The notes under the pieces: generated by a model
The model's database searches: none
Told to the model about the DNA's origin: nothing
Seen by the model: only the letters and a program-made list of their open reading frames with translations
Made by a program: the position numbers and the translations under genes
Assembly (NCBI GenBank): GCA_963761335.1
Contig: CAVXGR010000005.1
Location: forward strand, 320,001-384,000
Origin: an uncultured delta proteobacterium
Lineage (GTDB): Bacteria; Desulfobacterota; Binatia; HRBIN30; BPIQ01
Direction of reading: 5' to 3'
Length of the DNA stretch: 64,000 nucleotides
Part shown: one piece after another, positions 19,955-30,885 of the stretch
Layout of the letters: each line of letters begins with the position of its first letter
Numbering within the stretch: position 1 is the stretch's first letter

Positions 19955-21187
19955 TCAGGGCTCGAACGGACCGGGCCGGAAACACACGCGCATCTCCTTC
20001 ACGCCATTGATGAAGGTCGAGCGCAGGCGGCGCGGCGGTGCGGCGAGCTCGATATCGTGGATGCGGGTGACGATCCCGCGGAAGATCTCGTTGAGCTCCA
20101 GGCGGGCCAGGTTGGCGCCCAGGCAGAAGTGCTCGCCGACGCCGAAGGCGAGGTGATCGTTGGGGCTGCGGCGGATATCGAAACGCTCCGGCTCGGCAAA
20201 CACCTCCTCGTCGCGGTTGGCGGAGGGATACCAGAGCATGAGCTTGTCGTCGGCACGGATCTTCTGGCCGCGCAGCTCGGCCTCCGCGGTTGCCTGGCGG
20301 CGGAAGCTGTGCACTGCGGGAGCGTAGCGCAGGATCTCTTCGACGGCGCTTTCCAGCAGCGATGGGTTCTGGCGCAGGTCGCGCAGCTGATCGGAGTTCT
20401 CGATCAGCGCCAGCATGCCGTTGGTGGTGACCGTGCGGGTGGTCTCGTTGCCGGCGATCAGCAGCAAGAGGAAGAAAAAGTTGAACTCGGACTCGGTGAG
20501 CCGGTGGCCGTCGACCTCGGCGTTCACCAAGGCGGTCGCCAGGTCGGTGCCCGGCTGGTTCTTGGCCTTCTCCAGCAGCTTGCCGGCGTACATGAACATC
20601 TCGGCGGCGGCCGCCTCGGCGCCGTTCATCGTCCGCGACTGGCCGTCCTCCTGCAGGTCGGGGTCGTCGAAGCCGACCATCTGATTGCCGATCTCGTACA
20701 CGCGGCGGCGATCTTCCTCGGGGACGCCCATCATCTCACAGATGACCAGCATTGGCAGCAGAGCCGCGATGTCCTCGACGAAATCGCACTCGCCGCGCTC
20801 GATGACGCCGTTGACGATTCCCTTGACCATCTCGCGGATGCGCCCGTGCAGGTCGTTGACCATGCGCGGCGTGAAGGCCTTGTTCACCAGGGCGCGATGG
20901 TTGCGGTGCTTGGGCGGATCCATGTTGAGCATGATCGCCTGCACGAAGGGCAGATCGTTGGGCGTCGGATCGCGCAGCAGCGTGCCCTGGCGCTCGGAGG
21001 AGAAGAGCATGGGATTCTTGGAGACCCACTTGAGATCGGCGTACTTGGTGATCGCCCAGAACCCGGGACCCTCCTTTTCCGGATGCCAGTAGACCGGCGC
21101 CTCGCGGCGCAGCAGGCGGAACATCTCGTGCGGGGTGCCGCGCTGGAACAGATCTGCATCGGTGAGATCGACGTCGCTGAGCTGCAT
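19955..21187 (-). CDS. Cytochrome P450 (CYP125/142-like lipid or steroid oxidase)
   Basis: AGNETT I-helix, EEILRY ExxR, FGVGEHFCLG heme Cys; RBS GGAG before ATG 21187. Confidence 0.93.
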   Translation of the reverse strand: MQLSDVDLTDADLFQRGTPHEMFRLLRREAPVYWHPEKEGPGFWAITKYADLKWVSKNPMLFSSERQGTLLRDPTPNDLPFVQAIMLNMDPPKHRNHRALVNKAFTPRMVNDLHGRIREMVKGIVNGVIERGECDFVEDIAALLPMLVICEMMGVPEEDRRRVYEIGNQMVGFDDPDLQEDGQSRTMNGAEAAAAEMFMYAGKLLEKAKNQPGTDLATALVNAEVDGHRLTESEFNFFFLLLLIAGNETTRTVTTNGMLALIENSDQLRDLRQNPSLLESAVEEILRYAPAVHSFRRQATAEAELRGQKIRADDKLMLWYPSANRDEEVFAEPERFDIRRSPNDHLAFGVGEHFCLGANLARLELNEIFRGIVTRIHDIELAAPPRRLRSTFINGVKEMRVCFRPGPFEP

Positions 21188-21199
21188 TGGCTTCTCCTG

Positions 21200-21238
21200 A
21201 ACAAACGTTTGTTTAGAGCTTGGGGCTCCTTTCGTCAA
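21200..21238 (-). promoter_or_regulatory. sigma70-like promoter overlapped by a perfect 14 bp palindromic operator
   Basis: Minus strand TTGACG-17 nt-TAAACA; palindrome AACAAACGTTTGTT at 21200-21213. Confidence 0.6.
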
Positions 21239-21416
21239 GCGCCTTGACTCGGGGGCCTCCGGCAGCCGCTGCCGCCCGGGGGGCGAGCCGCTCCGAAAGT
21301 AGAGGAGGCGGCCCGCCTCCTCGGTAGGGTGGCGTTCGTCTCGACAACGGGCGATAGGCATTGCGCGGGCAAGCGTTTCCTTTGTATGGAAACGCAACGA
21401 GGTTGAGGAATCAGCC

Positions 21417-21887
21417 GTGGCGCACCCGAGAATGTACGACGATTCGAGCCCGGCGATAAAGCGCCTGCGCAAGATCTGCCTGGCACTGCCCGAGGCGTTC
21501 GAGAAGGAAGCTTGGGGCGAATGCACCTTTCGCGTCACCGGCGGCAGCATGTTTGCGATGACCGACTGCAACCATCACCAGAGCGGCCACATCGCCGTGT
21601 GGATCAAGGCGCCGCCGATCGTGCAGGAGATCCTCGTCCATGCCGACGCCGAGCGCTTCTTCGTTCCGCCGTACGTCGGTCCGAAGGGCTGGATCGGCGT
21701 GCGCCTCGACCGCAAGGTCGACTGGAAGGAGGTCGGCGAGATTCTCAGAGACGGCTACCAGATGTCGGCGCCGAAGCGGTTGCGAGTTGCGGACTCCAAG
21801 TCCCCGCCAGCGAGCAAACCGCGCCCGAAGCGACGGCAGAAGGCGGCGACACGCACGGCTGCCAAGGAGAGCCGAGAGCGGCGGTGA
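21417..21887 (+). CDS. MmcQ/YjbR family protein
   Basis: LRKICLALPEA, TFRV..MFA, RFFVPPYVGPKGWIGVRL, DWKEV. Confidence 0.85.
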   Translation: MAHPRMYDDSSPAIKRLRKICLALPEAFEKEAWGECTFRVTGGSMFAMTDCNHHQSGHIAVWIKAPPIVQEILVHADAERFFVPPYVGPKGWIGVRLDRKVDWKEVGEILRDGYQMSAPKRLRVADSKSPPASKPRPKRRQKAATRTAAKESRERR

Positions 21888-21970
21888 TCACCCGCGTCGG
21901 CATCATCTACCCGCCTGTACCCGCCTGCGGAGCCGGGTCATCGAGCTGTCGGTGTGAGCCGGCCCCGGCG

Positions 21971-22960
21971 CTATGCCGGCGGCTCGTCGGCGGCGCCGCG
22001 CTGGCGCAGCTGGTCGCGCTCGATCGATTGCCAAACGAGGAGTCCGGGGACACCGAGCATCACCTCGCGGGCGCGCTTGGCGAGCGACAGCGCCAGGGAC
22101 AGGTCGGGGGAGAGACCGATCAGACCGCCGAGGAAGAGATAGCTGCCCTCCTGCACGCCGAGGCTGGCCGGGATGGCGAAGGCCGCCTGGCGCACCGCCT
22201 GCCCCAGGCTCTCGAGCATGACGGCCTCGAGCACGGTCACCGAATGCCCGAGGAAGTGCATCGCCAACCACACCTCGCCGGTACCGAGCATCCAGCTGAG
22301 CAGGTTGAAGCAGGCGCCCAGGAGGATGCCGCGCGGGGCGCGGTAGACGTCGGAAATGCTGGCGTCGATGGCGTCGGCGCCGCCGACCATGTCGAGCCAG
22401 ATGCGCCCGCCGGTGGTGCGCGCCAGGATGCGCGCCATGGTCCCGAAGAGGCCGCGGCGCTGCAGGCGATAGAAGATTCCCAGCAGGACCGCGAAGACGA
22501 GCAGGCCGACGACGACATACTCGGCGAGATCGCGCCGTCCCAGGCGGTAGATGAGGAGAACGACCCCGCCCAGCGCGAAGAGCACCTGGGTCACCGCGGA
22601 AAGCGTAATGTCGACCACCACGGTGGCGCCGGAGAGACGGCCGGGCACCCCATGCGCCATCATCACCCGGGCGCGCGCCACGTCGCCACCGACCTGGGCG
22701 ACCGGGAGGAGGCTGTTGACCGCATCGCAGATCCAGCGGGCCCGCAGCAGATGCGCGAAGGCCGGCTGCGGCCGCCGAAACAGACTGCGCCAGGCGAGCG
22801 CGTCGGCGCTCAGCGGCACGAAGTGGTAGAGGGCGACGATCACCAGCCCCCACCCGGCGACGGCCAGCGCCGCGGCGACGTCGCCGGCGCCCTCCCAGAC
22901 GATGATGGCGATGAACAGAGCCAGGCCGAGGATCAGGGCGGCGTAGGCGCTGGTTTTCAT
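21971..22960 (-). CDS. Lysylphosphatidylglycerol synthase TM / flippase-like membrane protein (HpnL-like)
   Basis: Multiple TM helices; VNSLLPVAQVGGD, IPASLGVQEG, LSLAKRARE. Confidence 0.8.
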   Translation of the reverse strand: MKTSAYAALILGLALFIAIIVWEGAGDVAAALAVAGWGLVIVALYHFVPLSADALAWRSLFRRPQPAFAHLLRARWICDAVNSLLPVAQVGGDVARARVMMAHGVPGRLSGATVVVDITLSAVTQVLFALGGVVLLIYRLGRRDLAEYVVVGLLVFAVLLGIFYRLQRRGLFGTMARILARTTGGRIWLDMVGGADAIDASISDVYRAPRGILLGACFNLLSWMLGTGEVWLAMHFLGHSVTVLEAVMLESLGQAVRQAAFAIPASLGVQEGSYLFLGGLIGLSPDLSLALSLAKRAREVMLGVPGLLVWQSIERDQLRQRGAADEPPA

Positions 22961-23086
22961 CGCGGGACGGGTCTGAGTGGCACGGGAGTTCACGCTCGCG
23001 CCTTCTATGGCCCACCTGTCAGGCGGTTGGCAACCGTGTACCGGAAGACGCGGTCGAATCAGCGGCGCCTGCGGCGACGCCGAGCT

Positions 23087-23929
23087 TCACCGCTGCTCGG
23101 CGAGGTGCAGCAGGGCGCGCAGGAACGCCTCGCGCTCGCCCGCAGCGATCTCGCCGGTATAGCCGATTCGCTGGCGCAGAGCCTCGGCGGAATGCTGCAG
23201 CGCGGCGTCGGCCGCTTCTGCCTGCAGCGCCGGCAGACGACGCAGCGTTCTGCGGATGAGCTCGCACTCGATTGGGCCGAGGCGCGAGATCTGGGCGCGC
23301 TCGAAACGAAAGCCCATCAGATCCGCCGCGGACGGCGGTGGCAGTGGAGATGAGACCTCGGGGCGATCGAGCCGGATGACGATGGTGCCGGCGGCGAGAT
23401 CGCCGAGCCGCTTCCCTTGCCGCGAGGCGAGCATGGCCATCAGGCCGACGAGATAGCTCGAGGGCAGGATGTCCACGGCGCGGAAGAGATTGCGCACCAG
23501 CGAGTCGCGCAGGGAGATCGGTAGGCCGCCGTCGCGCACGACGCGGAGGCCGACCAGCGCTTTGCCCGGCGAGCGTCCGCTCATCAGCTGCTCGGCGATG
23601 ACGAAGTATCCGAGCTCGATGACGAACTCGACCAGAACCAGCGCCGCCATCAGCGCCAGGATGGTGTTCTCGAGCTCTGCCGTGTGGCCCTGCGAGACCC
23701 CCTCGGCAAGTCCCTGGAGCCAGCTCGCCAGCCACTGCGCCAGCGGCGCGGAGAGCATGCCGAGCGCGAAGACTCCGACCTCGATGACCAGGATCACCAG
23801 GGCGTCGAGGCCGTAGGCCAGAATGCGACTGGTCGGACCGGCGATCGGCAGGTCGAGAGCGACCTGCTCGGGCGAGCAGACGACCTGGCGGAGGTCGGTG
23901 GCGGCCAGCGGCTCGTTCAGGTTCGGCAT
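23087..23929 (-). CDS. RDD family membrane protein
   Basis: SPEQVALDLPIAGPTSRILAYGLD, GRSPGK, RNLFRAVD, KRLGDLAAGT. Confidence 0.88.
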   Translation of the reverse strand: MPNLNEPLAATDLRQVVCSPEQVALDLPIAGPTSRILAYGLDALVILVIEVGVFALGMLSAPLAQWLASWLQGLAEGVSQGHTAELENTILALMAALVLVEFVIELGYFVIAEQLMSGRSPGKALVGLRVVRDGGLPISLRDSLVRNLFRAVDILPSSYLVGLMAMLASRQGKRLGDLAAGTIVIRLDRPEVSSPLPPPSAADLMGFRFERAQISRLGPIECELIRRTLRRLPALQAEAADAALQHSAEALRQRIGYTGEIAAGEREAFLRALLHLAEQR

Positions 23930-23979
23930 GTGATCGGCGGCGCACGGCAGCGCGGCGACCCATGCTATCCTCCGCGGCC

Positions 23980-25020
23980 ATGGCGGCCAACCCCGAGGAC
24001 ACGAAGCGATTTGCGGCGCTGCTCGACCGCAGCGAGGGCCGCGGCCTCACCCGCCTCGCCTTCGGCGAGCTCCGCGATCTGGCGCGCCTCTACCGCCTGC
24101 ACACCAGTCGCCTGGCCCGCCTGCGCACCGCCGGCGGCGACACCGAGGCAATTCGCTATCTGAACGCCCTCTGCGTGCGCGCCTACACCTACCTGTTCGT
24201 CTCGCCCCGCCGGAGGTCACTCCGCGTCATGCTGCGCGAGGAGATGCCCGGGGCCCTGGCGCGCACCTGGAACGCCCAGGTGGTCGCCTGGGCGATTCTG
24301 GCCGCGGGCATCCTGGTCGGCGCGGCGCTCGGGTGGCGCGACCCCGGCGCCGTGCACGCTCTGGTTCCCGGGTCTCTCGGCTACAGCGCTGCCGACCTCG
24401 ACCGCCTGATCGCCTCCCCGGCCGCCCGCGCCGATTTCCTGCAGCGCTCTTCTCTGTCCTCGGGCGCGCATGCGTTCTTCAGCTCCGTGCTGTTCGTGAA
24501 CAACACCAAGGTCGGCCTGCTGTCGTTCGCCACCGGCATGCTCGCCGGCGTCCCCACCGCCCTGCTGCAGCTCTACAACGGCATGATCCTCGGTGCCTTC
24601 GCCTCGATCTTCGCGCGCGATGCGCTGCCGCTGGCTTTCTGGGCGTGGTTTCTGCCGCACGCCATTCCGGAGCTGACGGCAATCACCTTCTGTGCGGCCG
24701 GCGGCCTCCTCCTCGGCGCCGCAGTCGCCGCGCCCGGACGCCAGACGCGCGGGCGCGCCCTGCGCCAGGCGACCAACCCGGCGCTGCTTCTCTTCGTCGC
24801 CTCCGTTCCCCTGTTTCTGGTCGCCGCCGGCGTCGAGAGCTTCGTGCGCGAGTCGAGCCTCGGACTGTGGCCGCGCTTCGCGGTCGCCGCCGCGATGCTG
24901 GCGGCGCTCCTCCTCGGCTCGATGCGCCTGCGCCGGCTGGCCCGCCGCCGCTCTGTCGATCGCAGCTGGCTCGGCGCGCTCACCACTGCGGACCAGCGCG
25001 CAGCGCCAGGTAGCGGTTGA
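23980..25020 (+). CDS. Stage II sporulation protein M (SpoIIM/DUF95)-like membrane protein
   Basis: LARLYR, YLNAL, LFVNNTKVG, YNGMILG, PHAIPELTA, VESFV. Alternative ATG at 23962. Confidence 0.85.
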   Translation: MAANPEDTKRFAALLDRSEGRGLTRLAFGELRDLARLYRLHTSRLARLRTAGGDTEAIRYLNALCVRAYTYLFVSPRRRSLRVMLREEMPGALARTWNAQVVAWAILAAGILVGAALGWRDPGAVHALVPGSLGYSAADLDRLIASPAARADFLQRSSLSSGAHAFFSSVLFVNNTKVGLLSFATGMLAGVPTALLQLYNGMILGAFASIFARDALPLAFWAWFLPHAIPELTAITFCAAGGLLLGAAVAAPGRQTRGRALRQATNPALLLFVASVPLFLVAAGVESFVRESSLGLWPRFAVAAAMLAALLLGSMRLRRLARRRSVDRSWLGALTTADQRAAPGSG

Positions 25021-26302
25021 GAACTGCTGCGGTCAACGCCTCGGGGACCAGGTCGAGAGTTTGCACTCCGCCGCGGCGCAGGCCCGTCAGGGCGACCTCG
25101 CGCTCGCGCAGCAGATCGTGCAGCGCCAGGCGGCGATAGAGCGCCAGCGGCGCCTCGTCGCCGCTCGCCGCGGCATGGGGCTCGAGCTCGTCGTAGAGAT
25201 GATCGCGAATCGCCACCAGCAGGACGCGGTGGTGGCGGGCCAGCGACAGCAGCGGCGCGATCACGGCTGCCGTGTCGACGTCGGCGAAATCGGTGAAGAC
25301 CACGACCAGGGCGCGCTGGCGCGGGTTCTCGGCGAGATGCCGGGTCAGGGCGGCGAAGCTCGGCTCGCACAGACGCGGCTGCAGCGGTCGCAGCACTTCG
25401 AGAAAATCGGCGAGATCGCGGTGGCGGCGGCGCGGCGCGAGAGCGGCATGCACCCCCAGATCGAAAGCCACCATGCCGACGCGGTCGCTGCACACCAGGG
25501 CCGCATGGGTCAGGGAGAGGGCGGCATCGACGGCATGGTCGAGCTTGGTGCGCCCGGCGAGCTCGCCGGCCATGAGTCGACTGGTGTCCAGCGCGATCAC
25601 CACGGTGTGATTGCGCTCGAGCCGGTAGAGCCGGGTGACCAGTCGGCCGCGCCGGGCGCTGGCCGACCAGTCGATGCGGCGCGGGTCGTCCCCGGAAACG
25701 TAGTCGCGCAGGGAGTCGAGCTCCATCCCCTCGCCGCGCTGTCGCGCCGGCCGCGTCCCGGTGCTGGCCGCGATCTGCCGCGGATCGAGCGCCTGCGGCC
25801 GCAGCAGTCGGGAGGCGTCCGGATAGACGCGCAGCGTCTCAGCGCTCTCGCCGACCACGCGTCGCAGCCACAGCCCGAGCGGCGAGCGCTGCAGGGCGAG
25901 CGGCGCTCCGAAAGGTCGATCGCCGCGCCGCGCCGGCTGAATCGGATAGGTGACGCTGGACGTGGATGCGGCCGCCACGCGCAGTCGCAACGCCCCGTCG
26001 GCGGCGTTGACATCGGCCGGAGGGTCGTCGACGACCAGCACCTCGATCTCCTGCGAGCCGCCATTGGCGACGGCGATCTCGACAGTCGCCGGACGGCCGA
26101 GAACGCCGCGTGCCGGCAGGCGGCGCTCGAGGCGCGGCGGGGGCTGGCGCCGGAGCGCCGCCAGGTCCCACAGCACCAGAGTGGCGATGGCGAGGGCGGC
26201 GGCGGCGAGCAGCGCCCAGAGGAAGGGTAGCAGCGGCACCGAGAGGGCGGCGACCGTCCAGATGGCGACCGCGGCGAGGAGTCTCGAATCGGGAAAGATC
26301 AC
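24980..26302 (-). CDS. DUF58 / vWA-like MoxR-associated protein
   Basis: GTG start overlaps the MoxR stop; [36 protein letters not shown]. Confidence 0.87.
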   Translation of the reverse strand: MIFPDSRLLAAVAIWTVAALSVPLLPFLWALLAAAALAIATLVLWDLAALRRQPPPRLERRLPARGVLGRPATVEIAVANGGSQEIEVLVVDDPPADVNAADGALRLRVAAASTSSVTYPIQPARRGDRPFGAPLALQRSPLGLWLRRVVGESAETLRVYPDASRLLRPQALDPRQIAASTGTRPARQRGEGMELDSLRDYVSGDDPRRIDWSASARRGRLVTRLYRLERNHTVVIALDTSRLMAGELAGRTKLDHAVDAALSLTHAALVCSDRVGMVAFDLGVHAALAPRRRHRDLADFLEVLRPLQPRLCEPSFAALTRHLAENPRQRALVVVFTDFADVDTAAVIAPLLSLARHHRVLLVAIRDHLYDELEPHAAASGDEAPLALYRRLALHDLLREREVALTGLRRGGVQTLDLVPEALTAAVLNRYLALRAGPQW

Positions 26303-27264
26303 CGGGGCACGGCGACCGTGTCCAGGGTGTGGCGCAGCGCCTGGTCGGGGCGCATGCCCTCCACCTCGGCTCCGGGGTCGAGCTGCACGCGGTGGCGCAG
26401 CGCCGGGACGAACATCTCCTGGACATCCTCCGGCAGCAGGTAGTCGCGCCCCTCGAGCGCCGCATTGGCCTTGGCGGCGCGCAGCAACATCACGCCGGCG
26501 CGAGGCGAGGCGCCGAGCGAGAAGTTGACGTCGGCGCGCGTGGCGCGCGCCAGCGCCGCCACGTAGGCGACGATCTCTTCGCTCACGATCACGGCGCGCA
26601 CCACCTCGCGGGCGCGGTCGAGCTGGGCGGGGCCGAGCACGACGCCGGTGGCGGTGGCGGCGACGTCGCCGGCGTGATGTAAGCGCAGGATGGCGCGCTC
26701 CTCCTCCTCGCCGGGATAGTCGACGACGATCTTGAAGAGAAAGCGATCGAGCTCCGCCTCGGGAAGAGGATAGGTGCCCTCGTACTCGACGGGATTCTGC
26801 GTGGCGAAGACGCTGAAGTAGTCGCCGAGGGGATGGCGGACGCCGTCGACGGTGGCGGCGCGCTCCTGCATGGCCTCGAGCAGCGCCGCCTGCGTCTTCG
26901 CCGAGGCGCGGTTGATCTCGTCGGCGAGCAGGAGGTCGGTGAACAGCGGGCCGGCGCGGAAACGGGCGTCGCTGCCGCCCGGGTTGAGAATCGAGGTGCC
27001 GATGATGTCGCTCGGCATCAGGTCCGGCGTGAACTGCACGCGCCCGAAGCGCACCCCCAGCGCTGCCGAGAGTGTCTGCACGAGGAGCGTCTTGGCGACT
27101 CCGGGGACTCCTTCGACCAGGCTGTGCGCCTGGGTCAGCAGGGTGATGTACACCAGCCGCAGAGCCTCCTGCTGGCCGACGATGACCTGCGCCATTGCCC
27201 GCTGCAGGTCGGCGAACTGGGTGGCGATCTCCGCCACCGCCTCCGTCGTCTCGCTCTCGCTCAT
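26299..27264 (-). CDS. MoxR family AAA+ ATPase
   Basis: [55 protein letters not shown]. Confidence 0.93.
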   Translation of the reverse strand: MSESETTEAVAEIATQFADLQRAMAQVIVGQQEALRLVYITLLTQAHSLVEGVPGVAKTLLVQTLSAALGVRFGRVQFTPDLMPSDIIGTSILNPGGSDARFRAGPLFTDLLLADEINRASAKTQAALLEAMQERAATVDGVRHPLGDYFSVFATQNPVEYEGTYPLPEAELDRFLFKIVVDYPGEEEERAILRLHHAGDVAATATGVVLGPAQLDRAREVVRAVIVSEEIVAYVAALARATRADVNFSLGASPRAGVMLLRAAKANAALEGRDYLLPEDVQEMFVPALRHRVQLDPGAEVEGMRPDQALRHTLDTVAVPR

Positions 27265-28439
27265 GCCGCCACCTCCGCCACCAGAGTATCCAGCCTGCGG
27301 GCCTCGCGCCGCAAGTCGGACTCGTTGCCCACCGCCGCGCCTTCGAGCAGGAGGCGCACGCCGGCTTCGGATACGGAGCGGCGGCTCCGCGCCCGTTCGG
27401 CGACCACAGCGAGCGCCGATTCCGGCGGCAGGCCCAGGGCGCGGCGCAGGCGCTCCGCGGTGAGCTCGCGATAGCATTCGAGAATCCGCTGGTGATCGCC
27501 GCTGCGGGCGTAGAGACGGGCGACCGAGTCGACGAATGCGGAGAAGGTGGGCGGCGCGGCCTCGGACGCGGAGCGGTCCGACGGCGGCAGGGTGGCGCCG
27601 CGCCAGGCAAAGAGCGCGCCGAGGGCGGCCAGTCCGATGAATACCCCCAGCGCGGGTGAGGTCAGCAGATAACGGAGGGCGCTGGTCTCCAGGCGCATTC
27701 CGTGAGTGCGCTCGTCGAAGCGCGGCACTCCATACTGGCGCACCAGGTCGACGGCGAAGGGCGCGGCATCGCCGCTGGCCAGCCAGCGGTTGCGAAGGAA
27801 TCGGGCATCGGCGACCACGGCGATGTGGCCCTCGCCGAGGCGGCGCTCGATGACGAAGGGCGAGCCGTCGAGGGCGGCGGCGACCCGCCAGTCGGGCGCC
27901 GCGGCAAAAGTGCGCAGACCGGCAGGCATCCACAGCGGCAGCGGCACGAGCGCGCCCGACAGGGGGACGGAGCCGCTGCCTGGGCTGGCCGCCGTGTTGC
28001 TCTCGCCGTCCTCGCCGCCGGCGGAGGTGCGCGCCGGCAGAGAGATGGAGCCGATTCGCGAGCAGGCATCCGTTCCGAGAAAGATGACTGCGGTGCCGCC
28101 GTCGGCGACCCAGTGGTCGAGCGGCCAGATCTCCTCTGGCGGCTCGGGATTCGCCTCGGACCTCGCCGAGGCGGCCTCTGCCGCGTCGGCTTTGCAGACG
28201 CCTGCCGGCTCGATCCACCAGACGGTCGAGCTCGCCGGCAGCTCCTCGACCGGCGCATAGCTGCGCGACACCGGCAGGTGCAGCTCGGCGAGCAGGTTGA
28301 AGACAGCGCCGTAGCCGGCGGGCATGGTGCCGAAGGTGGTGGGTGTCGCCTGCCGGCTCATGTTCGCCGAGGAGAAGAGATTGATGGCGGTGAGCGCCGC
28401 GACCAGCGCCGCCAGAGACGCCAGCGCCGAGCGCCTCAT
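27261..28439 (-). CDS. DUF4350-like membrane-anchored protein of the MoxR cluster
   Basis: N-terminal [37 protein letters not shown], second TM; translationally coupled on both sides. Confidence 0.72.
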   Translation of the reverse strand: MRRSALASLAALVAALTAINLFSSANMSRQATPTTFGTMPAGYGAVFNLLAELHLPVSRSYAPVEELPASSTVWWIEPAGVCKADAAEAASARSEANPEPPEEIWPLDHWVADGGTAVIFLGTDACSRIGSISLPARTSAGGEDGESNTAASPGSGSVPLSGALVPLPLWMPAGLRTFAAAPDWRVAAALDGSPFVIERRLGEGHIAVVADARFLRNRWLASGDAAPFAVDLVRQYGVPRFDERTHGMRLETSALRYLLTSPALGVFIGLAALGALFAWRGATLPPSDRSASEAAPPTFSAFVDSVARLYARSGDHQRILECYRELTAERLRRALGLPPESALAVVAERARSRRSVSEAGVRLLLEGAAVGNESDLRREARRLDTLVAEVAA

Positions 28440-29056
28440 GCGCGTTCCCCGTACAGCAGGCGCGCGTGCAGGCTGCGCCACGATTCGTACAGGTCCTGAT
28501 CGTCGACGCGGTCGCGGAACCAGCGGCGCTCGAAGCGGTCGAGGAGTGAGAGCAGGACCTGCCGCTCGGCGGCGGGCAGGCGAGCCTGGAGAATGCGGCG
28601 CCGCAGAACGCGGTTGGGCTCCGAGCGGCGCAGCTCGACGATGCCGCGCCGCAGCAGGAGATCGAGAACGGCGAGCTGCATGCGGTGCGCGGCCTCGAGG
28701 AAGCGTCCGCTACCGGCGAGCGATTCGGCCTCGCTGGCGAAGGGCGGCGGTGCGCCGCCCTCCTCCGGCGATGGCGCCGGCGCCGGATCGCGGCGCATGG
28801 CGACGCGTACCGACCAGGTGAGATGGGCGAGGAGCAGCGCGCTGACCAGCAGCAGGCCACCGAGCATGAGCCAGTACAGCACCGGCGAGCCGGAGGCCAG
28901 TCGGTCGATCCATCTCTGCAGGGTGCTGAACCACCGCTGCAAGCGGTGCAGCCAGACCGCCGGATCGCTGCGCCACCGGGTGTAGTCCCGTCGCTGCAGA
29001 ATCTCGGCGGCGAGGGCGCGGATGGCGCCGTCGGAATCGGGGATGGGTTGCATCAT
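28436..29056 (-). CDS. DUF4129-like membrane protein of the MoxR cluster
   Basis: Start MMQPIPD; one [21 protein letters not shown]; coupled to its neighbours. Confidence 0.7.
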   Translation of the reverse strand: MMQPIPDSDGAIRALAAEILQRRDYTRWRSDPAVWLHRLQRWFSTLQRWIDRLASGSPVLYWLMLGGLLLVSALLLAHLTWSVRVAMRRDPAPAPSPEEGGAPPPFASEAESLAGSGRFLEAAHRMQLAVLDLLLRRGIVELRRSEPNRVLRRRILQARLPAAERQVLLSLLDRFERRWFRDRVDDQDLYESWRSLHARLLYGERA

Positions 29057-29811
29057 CGCTCGACTCGCGACTCCGCCCCGGCGTCCTCGGTGAGCAATCG
29101 AGAGAGATGCTCGACGTCGAATCCCTCCTTGCGACAGCGGATGTCGAAGTAGAGGAGAACGGTCACCGCCGATCCGTAGGCCAGCGCGAGCGAGCGCACC
29201 ACGGCGTCGGCCAGAGGTCCGATGACCGGCACGGCGCCGGCGACCAGAGCCACGCCGGTGAGCAGCACCGAGATGATCAGGCCGGCGACCAGGAGGATCG
29301 CGAAGCCGCGGCCGAAGTTGCCCCGCATCAGCTCTCGGCTGCGGTGCAGGGCGCGGGTGCCGTAGAGATGCTCGAGGACCATCACCTGCCATACCAGGAG
29401 AAAAGCGAGCGACAGATAGATGCCGGGGATCACCAGCAGGAGAAAGCCGAGGCCGAGCGCCAGGTAGAGAAGGATCGAGGTGCCGAAGACCGGGAGCAGC
29501 AGCCGCACGCCCTCGCGCAACGAGTCTCCAATCGACGGTGTTCGGCCGAGATAGAGCTCGCCCAGCGCGTGGGTGATGGCGACGGTGACCACCGGGGAGG
29601 CGAGCAGATACAGAAGCGCGACGATCAGCCAGAGAGCGATCGTGGCTTCGCTGGGAGCATAGGCGCCGCTGCCGAAGAGCATCGGCGGAATGGCGAGCGG
29701 CAGGTAGAGCGCCGCGGCGATGCCGAGCAGCAGCTCGAGATGATTGCGGACGAGACGGAAGCCCGTGTCGAGCATCTCGCCGAGAGACATCGGTCGAATG
29801 TCGTATCGCAT
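29053..29811 (-). CDS. Conserved integral membrane protein (glycerophosphoryl-diester phosphodiesterase membrane-domain-like)
   Basis: IRPMSLGEMLDTGFRL, LLVIPGIYL, ALHRSRELMRG, LLYFDIRCRKEGFD. Confidence 0.78.
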   Translation of the reverse strand: MRYDIRPMSLGEMLDTGFRLVRNHLELLLGIAAALYLPLAIPPMLFGSGAYAPSEATIALWLIVALLYLLASPVVTVAITHALGELYLGRTPSIGDSLREGVRLLLPVFGTSILLYLALGLGFLLLVIPGIYLSLAFLLVWQVMVLEHLYGTRALHRSRELMRGNFGRGFAILLVAGLIISVLLTGVALVAGAVPVIGPLADAVVRSLALAYGSAVTVLLYFDIRCRKEGFDVEHLSRLLTEDAGAESRVER

Positions 29812-29948
29812 CGGTGTCCTCCCTGGAGACTGGGTACTTTCCTCCTCTCCGCTGTGTGTCACTTCGCCGGAGGCATTTCCAGCGCGTCGATCCCGATGCC
29901 GCGCTCCCGGCTCGCGCTCCCGGCGGTTCATCGTGCATAATCGGCAGC

Positions 29949-30821
29949 ATGCCTTCTCGCTGGGACCGGCGCCTGCTGATCGCCGGGGTTCGCCTGCTGC
30001 CGAAGAATCTTCTCTCGCGAGCCGCCGGGCGCGCGACGGCGTGGAAGCTTCCCGCCGCTCTGCAGCGGCTCGAGATCCGCGCCTTCGCCGCGGCCGTCGG
30101 CGCCGATCTCAGCGAGGCCGCAGATCCGCTCGACTCCTTCACCTCCATGCAGGAGTTCTTCACGCGCCGCCTCGGGGATGGCGTTCGCCCGATCGATGCG
30201 GCGCCGGAGGCACTGGTGGCGCCCTGCGATGGCCTCTGGGGAACCGCCGGCAAGATCGACGCCGGCGTGCTTCTGCAGGTCAAGGGGCAGCCGTACTCAC
30301 TGGCGGCGCTCCTCGGCAGCGCCGCGGCGGCACAGCGTTTCGAAGGCGGTGCCTACGCGACCTTCTATCTGTCGCCGCGCGACTATCACCGCTTCCACGC
30401 CCCGTGCAGCCTGCGCGTGCTGCGCGCCACGCATCTCCCGGGCGCGCTCTGGCCGGTGAACCGCGCCGGCGTCGAGGGCGTTCCCGGTCTCTTCGCCCAG
30501 AACGAGCGCATCTGCGCCTATGCCGCCGTCGGCAGTGAGGAACGCGAACGCCTGTGCCTGGTCGCCGTCGGGGCGACGCTGGTCGGCAAGGTGCGGGTGC
30601 AGTTCGACGCCGAGCTGACCACCAACGCGCGCGCCGGCGAGCCACTGTCGCACGCCTATGGGGCCGAGGGCATCGCCTTCGCCAAGGGTCGGGAGCTCGG
30701 TCGCTTCGAGTTCGGCTCCACCATCGTCATGCTGACCGCCACCGGCCTCGGCGAGATCGAGGCGCAGCCGTCCGGAAGCCGCCTGCGCCTCGGCACCCGC
30801 ATCGGCACTCTCCGCGGCTGA
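29949..30821 (+). CDS. psd: Phosphatidylserine decarboxylase proenzyme
   Basis: FFTRRL, APCDG, YLSPRDYHRFH, NER, VGATLVG, FEFGSTIV self-cleavage motif. Confidence 0.92.
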   Translation: MPSRWDRRLLIAGVRLLPKNLLSRAAGRATAWKLPAALQRLEIRAFAAAVGADLSEAADPLDSFTSMQEFFTRRLGDGVRPIDAAPEALVAPCDGLWGTAGKIDAGVLLQVKGQPYSLAALLGSAAAAQRFEGGAYATFYLSPRDYHRFHAPCSLRVLRATHLPGALWPVNRAGVEGVPGLFAQNERICAYAAVGSEERERLCLVAVGATLVGKVRVQFDAELTTNARAGEPLSHAYGAEGIAFAKGRELGRFEFGSTIVMLTATGLGEIEAQPSGSRLRLGTRIGTLRG

Positions 30822-30885
30822 AGCGAGCCGGAGGGCGGCGGCGGGACGCCGCCTCTGCGGGCGAATCCGCAGCGCCGCGGACTCT

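Noticed and set aside
24980..30283. Long fused ORFs across the MoxR cluster (876, 853, 615 aa)
   Set aside because: The extensions are alternate-frame run-ons; the real genes start at overlapping stop/start junctions.
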